This document shows, one piece after another, positions 49,111-59,963 of a stretch of DNA of 64,000 nucleotides. The translations under genes and the position numbers were made by a program. Origin of the DNA: Candidatus Bathyarchaeia archaeon. Its GTDB lineage: Archaea > Thermoproteota > Bathyarchaeia > Bathyarchaeales > Bathycorpusculaceae. The notes under the pieces are model-generated. The model did not search any database. It was not told where the DNA came from and worked only from the letters and a program-made list of their open reading frames with translations. The DNA is taken from NCBI GenBank assembly GCA_050010755.1, contig JBEKKK010000001.1, positions 288,001 to 352,000 on the forward strand. The letters run 5' to 3'. The first letter of the stretch is position 1; each line of letters starts with the position of its first letter.

Positions 49111-50412
49111 TTATTGGATTCCGAGTTTATCCCTATAAGCGTCTAAATCTAGCCAGCCGTGTCCGCTGATGTTCATGCATATCGTTTTTTCCGCGCCCGC
49201 TTTCTCAGCCTTAAGCGATTCGTCTATCCCTGCTCGGATAGCGTAGCTCGATTCTGGTGCGGGCAGCCATCCTTCAGTCTGCAGGAAAATTCTTGCAGCT
49301 TCGAAAATCGATTTCTCATCGATCGGGTATGAAACCGCCTTAACGATATTGTGTTTTCTCAATAGACTTATGATTGGCCCTGCGGCATGATAGCGCAAAC
49401 CGTCAGCCCTAACTGGCATCATGTCGGACTTGTGGCCTAGAGTGTACATTTTCAATAAGGGAGTATGCTCAGCCACGTCGGCGAAGTCATATTTGTACTC
49501 TCCCTTAATGAGGTTCGGAGCAGCCGCGGTCTGTGCAGCCAAGAATTCGCATTCCCGCTTGCCTTTCAAGACTTCGCCGATGAAGGGAAGTGCGATCCCG
49601 CCGAAGTTGGAGCCGCCGCCAAGGCATCCAACGATCAAGTCAGGCTTCTCATCAATCATATCAAACTGTTTGATCGTTTCTAATCCTATCACCGACTGCT
49701 GCATCATAACATGGTTCAAGACTGAGCCCAGACAGTACACGCTGTTCTCATGCGTCTCCGTGTACTCCAACCCTTCGGAAATCGCGATGCCTAAAGAACC
49801 AGGGCTCTTCGGATTCTTTGAAAGTATCTCTTTGCCCATCTTGGTTTCCTTGCTGGGCGAAGCAAAAACTTTCGCACCTAGAAGCTTTATCAACGTTTTC
49901 CTGTCAGTCTTCCAATCATACACAGATCTAACCCAGAACACGACGCAATCGAGGTTCAAGAGCTTCGCAGCATACGCGAGAGCCGTCCCCCACTGCCCTG
50001 CACCAGTCTCCGTGCTCAACGTTGTCTTCCCCTCCTTCATCGCATAGTAAGCCTGCGCAATCGCCGTGTTGGTCTTGTGCGAACCAGTAGGAGACAAATC
50101 CTCACGCTTGTAAAACAGCTTAACCTTCTTCAACCCCAAGCTTTTCTCCAAGCGTTTCGCGCGATAGAGCGGCCTCGGCCGTCCCATGTGAATGTACAAC
50201 TCACGAATTTCTTCAGGAATGGAAATCCATCTCTGCACTGACATTTCCTGCGCAAGGGACTCTTTGATCATGGTTCTGCCCAAGTACTCCATCCGCGAAG
50301 GACCCGTCTCAGGCTCCTTCGGAGGGGGAAGCGGCTCAGGCAAGTCGGGTACGATGTTATACCACTTAGTTGGAAACTCTTCTATCGACAATGCAATCTG
50401 ATCATGTTTCAT
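49111..50412 (-). CDS. trpB2: Tryptophan synthase beta chain 2 (TrpB2-type PLP enzyme)
   Basis: WYNIVPDLP, SPTGSHKTNTA, ETGAGQWG, GGGSNFGG, GLRYH and PAPES. Confidence 0.93.
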   Translation of the reverse strand: MKHDQIALSIEEFPTKWYNIVPDLPEPLPPPKEPETGPSRMEYLGRTMIKESLAQEMSVQRWISIPEEIRELYIHMGRPRPLYRAKRLEKSLGLKKVKLFYKREDLSPTGSHKTNTAIAQAYYAMKEGKTTLSTETGAGQWGTALAYAAKLLNLDCVVFWVRSVYDWKTDRKTLIKLLGAKVFASPSKETKMGKEILSKNPKSPGSLGIAISEGLEYTETHENSVYCLGSVLNHVMMQQSVIGLETIKQFDMIDEKPDLIVGCLGGGSNFGGIALPFIGEVLKGKRECEFLAAQTAAAPNLIKGEYKYDFADVAEHTPLLKMYTLGHKSDMMPVRADGLRYHAAGPIISLLRKHNIVKAVSYPIDEKSIFEAARIFLQTEGWLPAPESSYAIRAGIDESLKAEKAGAEKTICMNISGHGWLDLDAYRDKLGIQ

Positions 50413-50484
50413 AACCGTTCACCGATATTGAGGAAGCCTATAGTATAATTGGGTGCGCATTAAAGATTTCCGCTGCCGCTACGA

Positions 50485-51519
50485 CTATCCGAACCACTTC
50501 TCAAGCGTCGTTTTTCCCTTTTGACCGGTTATACCCTTCTGCATTTTTTCCAACGATTTGCGAACCCGCTCTTCAGAAAAATCCCTTCCCCGGCAGATGA
50601 AATCCACAACTCCTTCAACATCTGGCGCGCGCCACTCCAGCCTGTAACTGTCTGTCACTTTCGGATGGAGAAAAATCTGCCTGATTCTTTCAGGTTCAAC
50701 CTGAAACTCCGCGTTTTCAACATGAACAACGGCTTGCTCCAAGCTTCCATATTGCTTAATCAATTTTAAGGCAGTTTTAGGCCCTAAGCCCTTGATCCCG
50801 TCAGGGTTGAAGTCCGTTCCAATCAGTATGCCCACATCGACCAGCTGCTCATACGTTATTCCGCACTGATTTAGCACCTGCTGCAACTCCACCAATTCCG
50901 GGACAACGTCGACGTAAATATTCTTGCTGGGAAGCTTTCTTCTACCGGAAATTGTGATGTTCCTGATAAACTTCGGGGCGCCGAAGAGGAGGCTGTCATA
51001 GTCCTGACTTGCACAGTAATCAGCGTCTCCACGCTTGGCTAAGTACGCGGCCTGAGCTTCTCCCTCACTGGGCGCTTGGATCCACGGAACACCCATAAAA
51101 CCCAAGAGTTTCTTGCTGTCTTCCGCCATGTAATCCTTCAAGTGTGATGTGGCCTGAGCGTACACTCTTGCCTCCTCGGGCTTACCTTCCCTCAAAGCCC
51201 TCTCATATCTAACCGTAGCCTCCTCCTTCACCCTCATTCGTCGCTTAATCTCCACCTCTTTAAGAGCAGGCGGTGCACCGTCAAAAACGTAAACAGGTTT
51301 TATCCCCAACTCTACCAAGTTGCTCGTTCGATAAAACAACCCGCTCAGGTGGCTCGTTACTCTTCCACTGCTGTCCTTCAGCGGCGTACCGTCGGGCTGG
51401 CGGATGATGGCCAGAAACTGATACAGAGCGTTGTAAGCGTCGATGGCAATGGATTTGCCGCCCAAATCTTCAAGTTTGACTACCGTCTTGGGAACGAGGT
51501 CGCGGAGGTTTACGCCCAA
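50485..51519 (-). CDS. fen: Flap endonuclease 1
   Basis: MGVNL, IDAYNALYQFL, APSEGEAQ, SQDYDSLLFG, GTDFN and a C-terminal PIP-like TTLEKWF. Confidence 0.97.
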   Translation of the reverse strand: MGVNLRDLVPKTVVKLEDLGGKSIAIDAYNALYQFLAIIRQPDGTPLKDSSGRVTSHLSGLFYRTSNLVELGIKPVYVFDGAPPALKEVEIKRRMRVKEEATVRYERALREGKPEEARVYAQATSHLKDYMAEDSKKLLGFMGVPWIQAPSEGEAQAAYLAKRGDADYCASQDYDSLLFGAPKFIRNITISGRRKLPSKNIYVDVVPELVELQQVLNQCGITYEQLVDVGILIGTDFNPDGIKGLGPKTALKLIKQYGSLEQAVVHVENAEFQVEPERIRQIFLHPKVTDSYRLEWRAPDVEGVVDFICRGRDFSEERVRKSLEKMQKGITGQKGKTTLEKWFG

Positions 51520-51744
51520 AGGTACCCCCGCAGAACATAGCGTCGAATCAAAATAATAAACTTGCGCGCTCTAAGTGATTCTAGGTGTTTCGACATAGGC
51601 TCTTATCTGTGGCGTTTTGGATGGATACTACGAAATCTACCTAGTTCGATGGTGAGGCGAGTGCAAGTGTTTCCATGCGAATCGTGACTCAAACGATTTA
51701 TAAGGAAGAGTCGCAATTACAGAACGTCACCGAGGACGTTCACC

Positions 51745-51933
51745 ATGAGTGAAAGAGCAGCAACATTAACGCTGATCACTTGTACGAGCTGCAACAAGCC
51801 CATTCCACCAGGAGGGGAGGCAACGAAGTTCATGTGCCCGAGCTGCGGAGAAATACAGATAAAACGTTGCGGAAAATGCCGAAAGTTTGGACGCCCCTAC
51901 AAGTGTCCAAAGTGCGGTTTCATCGGCCCGTAG
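51745..51933 (+). CDS. Zn-ribbon protein (DUF1610/HVO_2753-like)
   Basis: CTSC...CPSCG...CGKCR...[11 protein letters not shown]; conserved synteny with aEF-1beta. Confidence 0.88.
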   Translation: MSERAATLTLITCTSCNKPIPPGGEATKFMCPSCGEIQIKRCGKCRKFGRPYKCPKCGFIGP

Positions 51934-51948
51934 AATGAAAGGGAGGAG

Positions 51949-52233
51949 ATGTTGAAGGTGGGTTCTGTAATTGTCACGTACAAGATTTTTCCAACAGACA
52001 TAATAAACGATTTTGGTCCGATGAAGAAGAATCTGGAAGCGATACTGCCATCTTCGGCGTCTGTCGATGGCTATGGTGAAGAACTGGTGGCTTACGGCTT
52101 GAAGGCCCTGCTGGTTCAAGTGAAGTTCCCAGAGGAAGAGACTGGTCTCGTTGATGAGTTCGAGAAGAAGCTCGAAACCGTGGAAAGCGTGAGCCAGGTG
52201 CAGACGCTCATGGTTCGCAGAACCAGCAGATAG
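51949..52233 (+). CDS. ef1b: Translation elongation factor aEF-1 beta
   Basis: KIFP, EELVAYGLKAL and VESVSQVQ. Confidence 0.88.
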   Translation: MLKVGSVIVTYKIFPTDIINDFGPMKKNLEAILPSSASVDGYGEELVAYGLKALLVQVKFPEEETGLVDEFEKKLETVESVSQVQTLMVRRTSR

Positions 52234-52313
52234 CGCGCGCAACCTTTGGTCAAGACATTTATATTGGAACGCTCTCTTGTTTCGAACGTAGAATCGTTAT
52301 GGAGGGATTCTAG

Positions 52314-54485
52314 TTGAGCGAAGTGCAATTACGTGTCGGAGACGCGAGGCAGAGGGACGTTGGGAGAGGGATAGCCCGCGTAGATCAGAAGACGATGCAG
52401 AAACTTGGAATCTCAGCAGGCGATGTCATTGAGATATGTGGAAAAAGAACGACTTCAGCCATAGCGTGGCCTGCCTACAGTGAAGATCAGAACCGAGACC
52501 TGCTCCGCATAGACGGTTTTTCACGCAAGAACGCCGGCGTAGCCATAAACGAGTACGTTGTCGTGAGAGGCGCCAAGGTAAAGACGGCCCTAAGCTTAAC
52601 CCTAGCCCCGGTTGACATGAGACTGAACGTGGACGAGGACTTCACCAATTTTGTCAGAAACCGCCTCATGGAAAGAACGCTTGTAGAGGGTGACACAACC
52701 CTGGTCATGATGCTCGGCCACGCCATACCCTTCACCGTCACGAAGACGCGGCCCCATGGGATAATCAAAATCACGGCCGAAACAAAACTCACGATATTGA
52801 ACGAACCCGCACCTGAAGGAAAAGGCTTGCCGAGAACAACTTACGAAGACGTGGGCGGGCTTCACGAAGAGATCCAAAGAGTAAGGGAGATGGTGGAACT
52901 CCCACTTAGACATCCGGAACTGTTCCAGCGGTTAGGAATAGAACCCCCCAAGGGAGTGCTGCTGCACGGCCCGCCCGGATGCGGCAAAACCCTCTTGGCT
53001 AGAGCCGTGGCAAATGAGTCTGAAGCCAACTTCTTCTCGATAAATGGCCCTGAAATAATGAGTAAGTTCTACGGTGAATCAGAAGCCAGGCTCCGAGAAA
53101 TCTTTCAGCAAGCCCAACAGAACGCTCCGAGCATAATATTCATAGACGAGCTAGATGCCATAGCCCCGAAAAGAGAAGAAGTCACGGGCGAGGTGGAAAG
53201 ACGCGTCGTTGCACAATTGTTGGCGCTGATGGATGGATTGTCAGGCAGGGGAAACGTGATAGTCATAGGAGCCACGAACCGACCCGGTGCCCTGGACCCG
53301 GCTCTCCGCAGACCCGGCAGGTTTGACCGTGAAATCGAGATAGGCGTACCGGACAAGCAGGGAAGGTACGAAATTATCCAGATTCACACGCGAGGCATGC
53401 CTCTGGCAGAAGGCGTTGACCTCAAGAAACTGGCAGATATGACACATGGCTATACAGGCGCTGACGTCTCTTCGCTCGGAAGAGAAACGGCGATGAAAAG
53501 TCTTCGCCGATACCTGCCGCAGATAAACCTTGAGGAAGAACGCATACCTCCTAGCGTGCTGGAAAAAATGGAAGTGACCATGGAAGATTTCATCAACGCC
53601 TACAAGGAAATAACGCCCACCGCCATGCGCGAAGTGTACATAGAAATACCCACGATACACTGGGATGAAATAGGCGGACTGGAAGAAGTCAAACAGGACC
53701 TGCAAGAAGCGGTGGAGTGGCCCCTTAAGAGCCCTGAAATTTTCGACCGCCTAGGCATAAAACCGCCCAAAGGCATACTACTCTATGGACCTCCTGGCTG
53801 CGGAAAGACTCTTCTGGGAAAAGCAGTTGCGACAGAAAGCGCAGCCAACTTCATCACCATCAAGGGCCCAGAAATCTTCTCGAAATGGGTGGGCGAATCT
53901 GAAAAAGCAGTAAGAGAAGTGTTCAGAAAAGCCAGAATGGCCGCGCCAGCAGTCATATTCTTCGACGAAATAGACTCACTACTGCCCCGCAGAGGCCTAG
54001 GATTCTCAGACAGCGGCGTCAGCGAAAGGGTCATCAGCCAACTACTGACCGAGATGGACGGCATAGTCACACTTGAGGATGTTGTCGTCATAGCCGCCAC
54101 AAACAGGCCCGACATGGTGGACCCGGCCGTGCTCAGACCTGGAAGGTTCGACAGACTAATCTACGTACCGGAGCCAAGCGAACAGAGCAGAACCCAAATA
54201 TTCAAAATTTACACGAAGGACATGCCAATTGCAAAAGACGTAGGCATGGCACAGCTGGCAGTATTAGCCAAGAACTACTCTGGCGCCGATATATCAGCCC
54301 TTTGTCGAGAAGCAGCCATGTTCGCTTTGAGAAAAGACGTTAACACCAAGGAAGTCAAGTTCGCAGACTTCGAGGAAGCCAAGAAGAGAATCGGACCGTC
54401 AATCACGCCTGACATGGAAAAATGGTACAAAAGTTTCATGCAGCAGGCCAGACAGGCGCAAAAACCCGCCACGCCAGTGGCCTAG
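52314..54485 (+). CDS. cdc48: CDC48/VAT AAA+ ATPase
   Basis: [10 protein letters not shown]-domain; two AAA modules (GPPGCGKT twice, IDELD/FDEID, RPGRFDR). Confidence 0.97.
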   Translation: MSEVQLRVGDARQRDVGRGIARVDQKTMQKLGISAGDVIEICGKRTTSAIAWPAYSEDQNRDLLRIDGFSRKNAGVAINEYVVVRGAKVKTALSLTLAPVDMRLNVDEDFTNFVRNRLMERTLVEGDTTLVMMLGHAIPFTVTKTRPHGIIKITAETKLTILNEPAPEGKGLPRTTYEDVGGLHEEIQRVREMVELPLRHPELFQRLGIEPPKGVLLHGPPGCGKTLLARAVANESEANFFSINGPEIMSKFYGESEARLREIFQQAQQNAPSIIFIDELDAIAPKREEVTGEVERRVVAQLLALMDGLSGRGNVIVIGATNRPGALDPALRRPGRFDREIEIGVPDKQGRYEIIQIHTRGMPLAEGVDLKKLADMTHGYTGADVSSLGRETAMKSLRRYLPQINLEEERIPPSVLEKMEVTMEDFINAYKEITPTAMREVYIEIPTIHWDEIGGLEEVKQDLQEAVEWPLKSPEIFDRLGIKPPKGILLYGPPGCGKTLLGKAVATESAANFITIKGPEIFSKWVGESEKAVREVFRKARMAAPAVIFFDEIDSLLPRRGLGFSDSGVSERVISQLLTEMDGIVTLEDVVVIAATNRPDMVDPAVLRPGRFDRLIYVPEPSEQSRTQIFKIYTKDMPIAKDVGMAQLAVLAKNYSGADISALCREAAMFALRKDVNTKEVKFADFEEAKKRIGPSITPDMEKWYKSFMQQARQAQKPATPVA

Positions 54486-54496
54486 GTGAAACCAGC

Positions 54497-54730
54497 ATGC
54501 CCATGCCGACAAAAACTTGGAAAACTTTACCCGCCTACTTCACTCTCATGGAACTCCTGAAAAAGAAGGGCGCTCTTCCAGACACCGAACTCTACGAAGC
54601 CATAACAGACGAGTTCGAGGACTTAGGCTACAAGGATTTCAGCGATATATTGATGCGACTGGAAATCAGCGGGAAAATACGCGTTACCTCCATGTCTCGG
54701 GGGAAGAGACGTGTTGAACTTCTAACATAA
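54497..54730 (+). CDS. Small winged-helix hypothetical protein
   Basis: 77 aa, ELLKKKG...ELYEAI...LMRLEISGKIRV; directly downstream of cdc48. Confidence 0.7.
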   Translation: MPMPTKTWKTLPAYFTLMELLKKKGALPDTELYEAITDEFEDLGYKDFSDILMRLEISGKIRVTSMSRGKRRVELLT

Positions 54731-54766
54731 GAAACTATAGGCCCCATAAACTTCCGCGTGCAGCAT

Positions 54767-55984
54767 ATGAACGAAGCTTCAGACGTCATAGTTGTCGGAG
54801 GAGGCCCATGCGGCTCCTTCACCGCCCTAAAACTTGCAAAACTGGGCAAACCGGTAACGGTTTTCGAGGAACACGGTCAGATAGGCGTTCCATCACACTG
54901 CGCTGGGCACCTCAGCCTGAAGGGTTTGAAGCAGTTGGGACTGAACTCGCTTCCGCCAGAAATGGTTGAAAACACTTTCTACGGTGCGAACTTCTATTCG
55001 CCCAAAGGAAACGAGTTCTCAGTAAACTTATCTCAACCAGTAACATGTGCCGTCGACCGCGCAATGTTCGACAAGTATATCTCCGAAAAAGCCAAAGACG
55101 CAGGCGCGAGCTACCACCTAAACTCCAAGGTTGAAGCATTAATCATGGAAAACGCGTTTGTAAGAGGAGCAATCGTCAACCGAGAAGGGATAAGCGAGAA
55201 AAAACAGGCAAAAGTCATCGTGGACGCTGAAGGAATATCCTCGAGGATAACAAGGGAAGCAGGCCTGCCTCAGCCCAACAAAATTCTAAATGGAGTGGAA
55301 GCAGAGGTTGAAAATGTCAAAGAAGCCGACCCTGACACAGTTGACGTTTATCTCGGAAACAGCTATGCCCCTGGCTTCTACGCGTGGCTGATACCTAAGA
55401 AAGATGGAAAAGCAAAAGTCGGCCTAGCCACGAGAAAGGGAAACCCAAAAGATCTTCTGCAAAAACTCATGTTCAAACATCCTGCAGCGTCAAGAAAGTT
55501 GAGATCAGCACGCATCGTGAAAACCATGTTTCACCCAATAACGCTTGGAGGCCCAACCAGACAAGCGCATTCAAACGGGTTACTAGTGGTGGGCGATGCC
55601 GCCTCACAAGTTAAACCCACCACAGGAGGCGGCGTGATCTTCGGCATGACCTGCGGGCAAATAGCGGCTGATGTGGCCTGCGAAGCCCTCGACAGAAACG
55701 ACTTTTCCAAACAGTTTCTTGCCAAGTACCAGAACAGATGTAGAGAACTCATCGGTTTCGACATCAGAGTCATGCTAAGAATAAGGAAAACTCTTGACGC
55801 GTTGTCTGATCAGAGAATTGACGAGGCGGTTGCCCTTTGTGCAAAACTCGGCCTGAACAAAACCCTCGAGAACGTTGAAGACATAGATTTTCAAGGACAA
55901 ACTCTGCTGCGCGTCCTTCGCAGCCCTCGAATGCTCACAGCCCTTGCCTACTTCTTTTTTGCTTATCTGGCTGCGAACCCTTAA
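54767..55984 (+). CDS. Geranylgeranyl reductase family FAD oxidoreductase
   Basis: VGGGPCG, HCAG, DRAMFD, APGFYAWLIP and VGDAASQVKPTTGGG. Confidence 0.88.
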   Translation: MNEASDVIVVGGGPCGSFTALKLAKLGKPVTVFEEHGQIGVPSHCAGHLSLKGLKQLGLNSLPPEMVENTFYGANFYSPKGNEFSVNLSQPVTCAVDRAMFDKYISEKAKDAGASYHLNSKVEALIMENAFVRGAIVNREGISEKKQAKVIVDAEGISSRITREAGLPQPNKILNGVEAEVENVKEADPDTVDVYLGNSYAPGFYAWLIPKKDGKAKVGLATRKGNPKDLLQKLMFKHPAASRKLRSARIVKTMFHPITLGGPTRQAHSNGLLVVGDAASQVKPTTGGGVIFGMTCGQIAADVACEALDRNDFSKQFLAKYQNRCRELIGFDIRVMLRIRKTLDALSDQRIDEAVALCAKLGLNKTLENVEDIDFQGQTLLRVLRSPRMLTALAYFFFAYLAANP

Positions 55985-56024
55985 AATCCCACAGAACAAA
56001 CAAAGTACGGAGGTCAGACAACCC

Positions 56025-56387
56025 ATGTCCCAGTTTCGTTACAAACAGGTCATTGTCTTCCGATCAAACCTGAGGCTGAGCAAAGGAAAGACGGCAGCGC
56101 AAGCTGGACACGCCGCTGTAACAGCGGCAGAAGAAGCTCGAAAGCATCATAGAGAATGGTTTGAAGGCTGGTCCATGGAGGGCCAGTGCAAAATAGCCGT
56201 CAAAGTGAAAAACGAAGAAGAATTATCCGATCTGGAGGAAAGAGCTAGGGAAATGGGTTTGCCACACGCTCTCATCATCGATAGGGGGCTTACAGAAATC
56301 CCAGCCGGAACCGTAACATGCCTAGGAATCGGCCCTGCCCCAGCAGAAAAAGTGGACAAGATTACCCGGAGCCTCCCGCTTCTCTAG
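56025..56387 (+). CDS. pth2: Peptidyl-tRNA hydrolase Pth2
   Basis: KQVIV, KGKTAAQAGHA, IDRGLTE and LGIGP. Confidence 0.95.
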   Translation: MSQFRYKQVIVFRSNLRLSKGKTAAQAGHAAVTAAEEARKHHREWFEGWSMEGQCKIAVKVKNEEELSDLEERAREMGLPHALIIDRGLTEIPAGTVTCLGIGPAPAEKVDKITRSLPLL

Positions 56388-56400
56388 ATGGGCGACAATC

Positions 56401-57786
56401 TTGCAACCTCCAAAACTTGAAAGACAGTTGGGCATCGAAGTTTACGCTAGCTGTTCGAAGGGCATCGGCGGAACCATCCGCGAGAACAGTGAAGACTTTG
56501 TCGTCGAGGAACTGTTGGTCGACGGTTCAAAGGCTCAGGCAGAAACCACTGGAAGCTACACCGAGGACCAAGTGCTGGGCTGTTCAACGGCTAAGAACCG
56601 TTACCTGTTATGCACTATGGTGAAACGGAACTGGGACACATTTGTGGCTATCAAACGCATCGCCAACTATCTTGGCGTAGGCTCAGAACAAATTCAAATT
56701 GCAGGAATAAAGGACGCAAAAGCTTTAACTGCCCAACACATCACAATCGAAGGCGCTTCACTCGAACAAGCGCAAAAAATCTACGTCAAAGATATAAAAA
56801 TCCGGCCTCTAGGTTATTTGCGCAACAAGCTTTCGGCGTACTACCTCTTAGGTAACAGCTTCAGCATTCGCATCAGAGCCCTGAACCACTCGAAACCTGT
56901 AATCAAGAGGAGAATTGCAGAAACAGTTGAAGAACTCAAAACAGTCGGCGGCATTCCAAACTTTTTTGGACACCAACGCTTCGGAACAATCCGCCCAATA
57001 ACGCATCTGGTCGGAAAAGAATTCATTAAGAAAGACGCAAAAACAGCCGCGATGCTGTTCCTGGCCAAACCAAGCCCATACGAACACGCCTCATCACGAC
57101 GTGCTCGCCAAGAATTGCAAGCAACGCACGATTTCGAAAAAGCTGCAAAGGAGTTCCCCAGTCAACTTCGCTACGAAGTGTTAATGCTTAAACACTTGGT
57201 CAAACGCCCGGACGATTTTGCCGGATCTTTCAGAACACTGCCCTTCAAACTGCAAGAGCTGTTCATCCAAGCCTACGAATCCTACTTGTTCAACAAGTTC
57301 CTCAGCAGAAGAATCGCACAAGGGCTGCCGCTTAACATGGCTGAAGACGGAGATTATGTCGTCGCTATAGAACGCTCTGGACTGCCAAGCCTCAACATAT
57401 TCAAAACAGTCAACATGGAAAATCGGTCGGAGATTAACAACTCGATACGATCCGGGAAACTGAGACTTGCGATTCCGCTCATCGGGTTCAAACAGCATCC
57501 TTCACAAGGAGTCCAAGGAGAAATCGAGAAACACGTTCTGGAAGAGGAAGAAGTTTCTCCAAGCGAATTTCGTATATCCTCGATGCCTGAAGTTAACACT
57601 AAAGGAAGACTCCGAGCCGCTGTGATTCCGATCAACAATTTTTCAACAGGCGAGATCTCGTCTGACGCAAATGGAACGGTTGGACAAGAGATCGGAGTGA
57701 CATTCATGCTGTATCGTGGCTCATACGCAACGATATTGTTGAGGGAAATCATGAAACCGAGAAACCCAATAAAAGAAGGATTCTGA
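56401..57786 (+). CDS. truD: tRNA pseudouridine(13) synthase
   Basis: EDFVVEE, AGIKDA, GNSF, PNFFGHQRFG and GSYATILLRE. Confidence 0.95.
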   Translation: MQPPKLERQLGIEVYASCSKGIGGTIRENSEDFVVEELLVDGSKAQAETTGSYTEDQVLGCSTAKNRYLLCTMVKRNWDTFVAIKRIANYLGVGSEQIQIAGIKDAKALTAQHITIEGASLEQAQKIYVKDIKIRPLGYLRNKLSAYYLLGNSFSIRIRALNHSKPVIKRRIAETVEELKTVGGIPNFFGHQRFGTIRPITHLVGKEFIKKDAKTAAMLFLAKPSPYEHASSRRARQELQATHDFEKAAKEFPSQLRYEVLMLKHLVKRPDDFAGSFRTLPFKLQELFIQAYESYLFNKFLSRRIAQGLPLNMAEDGDYVVAIERSGLPSLNIFKTVNMENRSEINNSIRSGKLRLAIPLIGFKQHPSQGVQGEIEKHVLEEEEVSPSEFRISSMPEVNTKGRLRAAVIPINNFSTGEISSDANGTVGQEIGVTFMLYRGSYATILLREIMKPRNPIKEGF

Positions 57787-58025
57787 AAGCATTGACCGTC
57801 TCTCGCTTGTAGCTAAGAAGTTGCAAGTTTTCGTTGTTTTCTCATATTACGCCACCAAGATTGAACTGGTCCACAAAAAAGCACCCAGAGGGTGAGTTCC
57901 TTTCTCTAAGTAATTCCATCGCTTGCATGCAATGTTGGCCTGCATTTTCTACCCACGAAAAGAATATTGTTATATTCTAAAGCTTTATCACTTATCAGGT
58001 CGTGAATAGTGAAAGATGACTTGCA

Positions 58026-59033
58026 ATGGAAGCAGCTGAAGCCGCAAGAAATGCCCTTGAGTGCGTTCTAGAAGCAAAGAAGGGCGAAGCCATAACGATA
58101 TTTTGCGACGATGAAAAGATGGATGTCTGCGAGCCGTTTTCTATAGGCGCTCTGAGGCTCGGCCTGAAAACACGCTTAATAAAGCTGAAGACCGAACCGA
58201 CTTTCCGAAAAGAAATTCCTCCAAATATCCGAGAGATATTCGCAAAACAAAGAACAGATATTTTCGTTAACTTGCTGCGGGGAAACCGAGAAGAGACACC
58301 TTTCAGGATAAATCTCACCGAATTGGAAACAGAGGATTGCAAAACTCGTCTTGCTCATTGTCCAGGCATCACGTTGGACATGCTCACCGATGGCGCCTTA
58401 GCTCTCACCATCAGAGATCACAGAAAAATGCAGGACTTTGCGAGCAGTCTGATCCAGCGGCTTGGGCAAGCAATCCGTGTGGAAGTAACGAATTCGGTAG
58501 GTACAAACATCTCGATGAGTGTTGAAAGGAGACCTTTCTTCACGGACACCATGTTAGATTGGAAAAGCTTGAATTGGATGAACATGCCAACTGGAGAGGT
58601 CACAGTTGCGCCTGTTGAAGACTCGCTGGATGGCGAACTGATCTGCGACATGGCAATAGGCGGAATAGGCCCAATAAAGACTGCCGTAGGGATCACAGCA
58701 AAGGACGGGAAGGTAATGAAAACCGAGTCCCAAGACGATCGAGTGTTGAAAAAAGTTGAAGAATCATTAAGGACCGATAGCCGAGCAAAAATCGTGGGAG
58801 AATTTGCTTTCGGAATAAACCCAAAGGCAAGATTTGTCGATGAGTTTCTTGAGGCTGAGAAAATTCTGGGTACGATTCACGTAGCCTTTGGCAACAATTC
58901 GGACATGCCTGGCGGAAACAACCCGTCAGGCAACCATATGGATTTCCTGATATCAAAACCCACAGTCAAAATAATTAATGCGGACAATACCTCCTTCGAT
59001 GTACTCGTGAACGGAACATTCAAAAGCCCATAG
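58026..59033 (+). CDS. Peptidase M29/aminopeptidase T family
   Basis: NMPTGEV, GEFAFGINP, EAEK, GTIHVAFG and NHMD. Confidence 0.85.
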   Translation: MEAAEAARNALECVLEAKKGEAITIFCDDEKMDVCEPFSIGALRLGLKTRLIKLKTEPTFRKEIPPNIREIFAKQRTDIFVNLLRGNREETPFRINLTELETEDCKTRLAHCPGITLDMLTDGALALTIRDHRKMQDFASSLIQRLGQAIRVEVTNSVGTNISMSVERRPFFTDTMLDWKSLNWMNMPTGEVTVAPVEDSLDGELICDMAIGGIGPIKTAVGITAKDGKVMKTESQDDRVLKKVEESLRTDSRAKIVGEFAFGINPKARFVDEFLEAEKILGTIHVAFGNNSDMPGGNNPSGNHMDFLISKPTVKIINADNTSFDVLVNGTFKSP

Positions 59034-59095
59034 TGTGCAAACCAGATGAAACCTCTAATTGAAATAATAAACCTATGATTGGAAGGCTGGAGCAT

Positions 59096-59359
59096 ATGTC
59101 TGACAAAACGGATGAGAAGCTGCCAATATCCGAATTCTACAAAGTCGTAGATTCTGTAACGATTTTCAAGAATAAGAACTGGTGGGAAGCCATCGTTATC
59201 TGTGAATCATACGGAAAACGGTCCATCGGCATGTATCTTTGGCAAAAAAGGCTAGACGTTTGGAAAAGAAAACACAAATTCAACGTCAGAAATCTGGAAG
59301 AGTGGAACAAGCTCAAGAACGCTATAGACCAGCTCGCACCAAAACTTGAGTCGAAATAA
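59096..59359 (+). CDS. Hypothetical protein (Trp-rich, basic)
   Basis: 87 aa, WWEAIV...MYLWQK...WKRKHKF...EEWNKLK. Confidence 0.7.
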   Translation: MSDKTDEKLPISEFYKVVDSVTIFKNKNWWEAIVICESYGKRSIGMYLWQKRLDVWKRKHKFNVRNLEEWNKLKNAIDQLAPKLESK

Positions 59360-59460
59360 TCCTTTTTTTGTAATTCAGCGTTTCAATCCTTATTCTGTAT
59401 CAATATCTGAAATTGAATAATCTTATTACTAAACAAAGGAAAACAAAACAAGCGAGAAGC

Positions 59461-59895
59461 ATGAACGAAACAGAGCAAACTCAGCAGATTACTGGAGATT
59501 GGGAAGTGGCTGAAGACAGCCAACCCCAAGAACAGGAAATCAGTCATCAGACTGAGAATGAAAAGAAAGAAGCGCCAGCCGAGAACGTTCGAACAAAACG
59601 AAAAAAGAATGAACGAAAACATGAACCGATCCCAAACCAAGAGAGAAGCAATTTTGTCCATGGGCTTTCAGCTGGTCTCGGAATCGGATGCATCGCAGCA
59701 TTCATCATGTTATGGCTGACAGTGTTTTTCACTCCTCAGTTACCAGTTGGAATCACATATCAAGACATGCTATCAACGTTCATTTATCCGCTAATCTATC
59801 TTTTTGCGCTCGGTTTGATATCCCTGACAGTAGGAATCGTTGGGGAAAGATACGCCGCGAAAAGCCGTTTGAAGACGAGACAGGGCGCGCAGTAA
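59461..59895 (+). CDS. Hypothetical membrane protein (charged N-terminus, 2 TM)
   Basis: Two C-terminal hydrophobic helices. Confidence 0.65.
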   Translation: MNETEQTQQITGDWEVAEDSQPQEQEISHQTENEKKEAPAENVRTKRKKNERKHEPIPNQERSNFVHGLSAGLGIGCIAAFIMLWLTVFFTPQLPVGITYQDMLSTFIYPLIYLFALGLISLTVGIVGERYAAKSRLKTRQGAQ

Positions 59896-59963
59896 GGCTG
59901 AAAATCATTCGCTGACGCCGGAGAATATCAGATAACAAGAGAGAAAATTGAGACGCCCAATTC

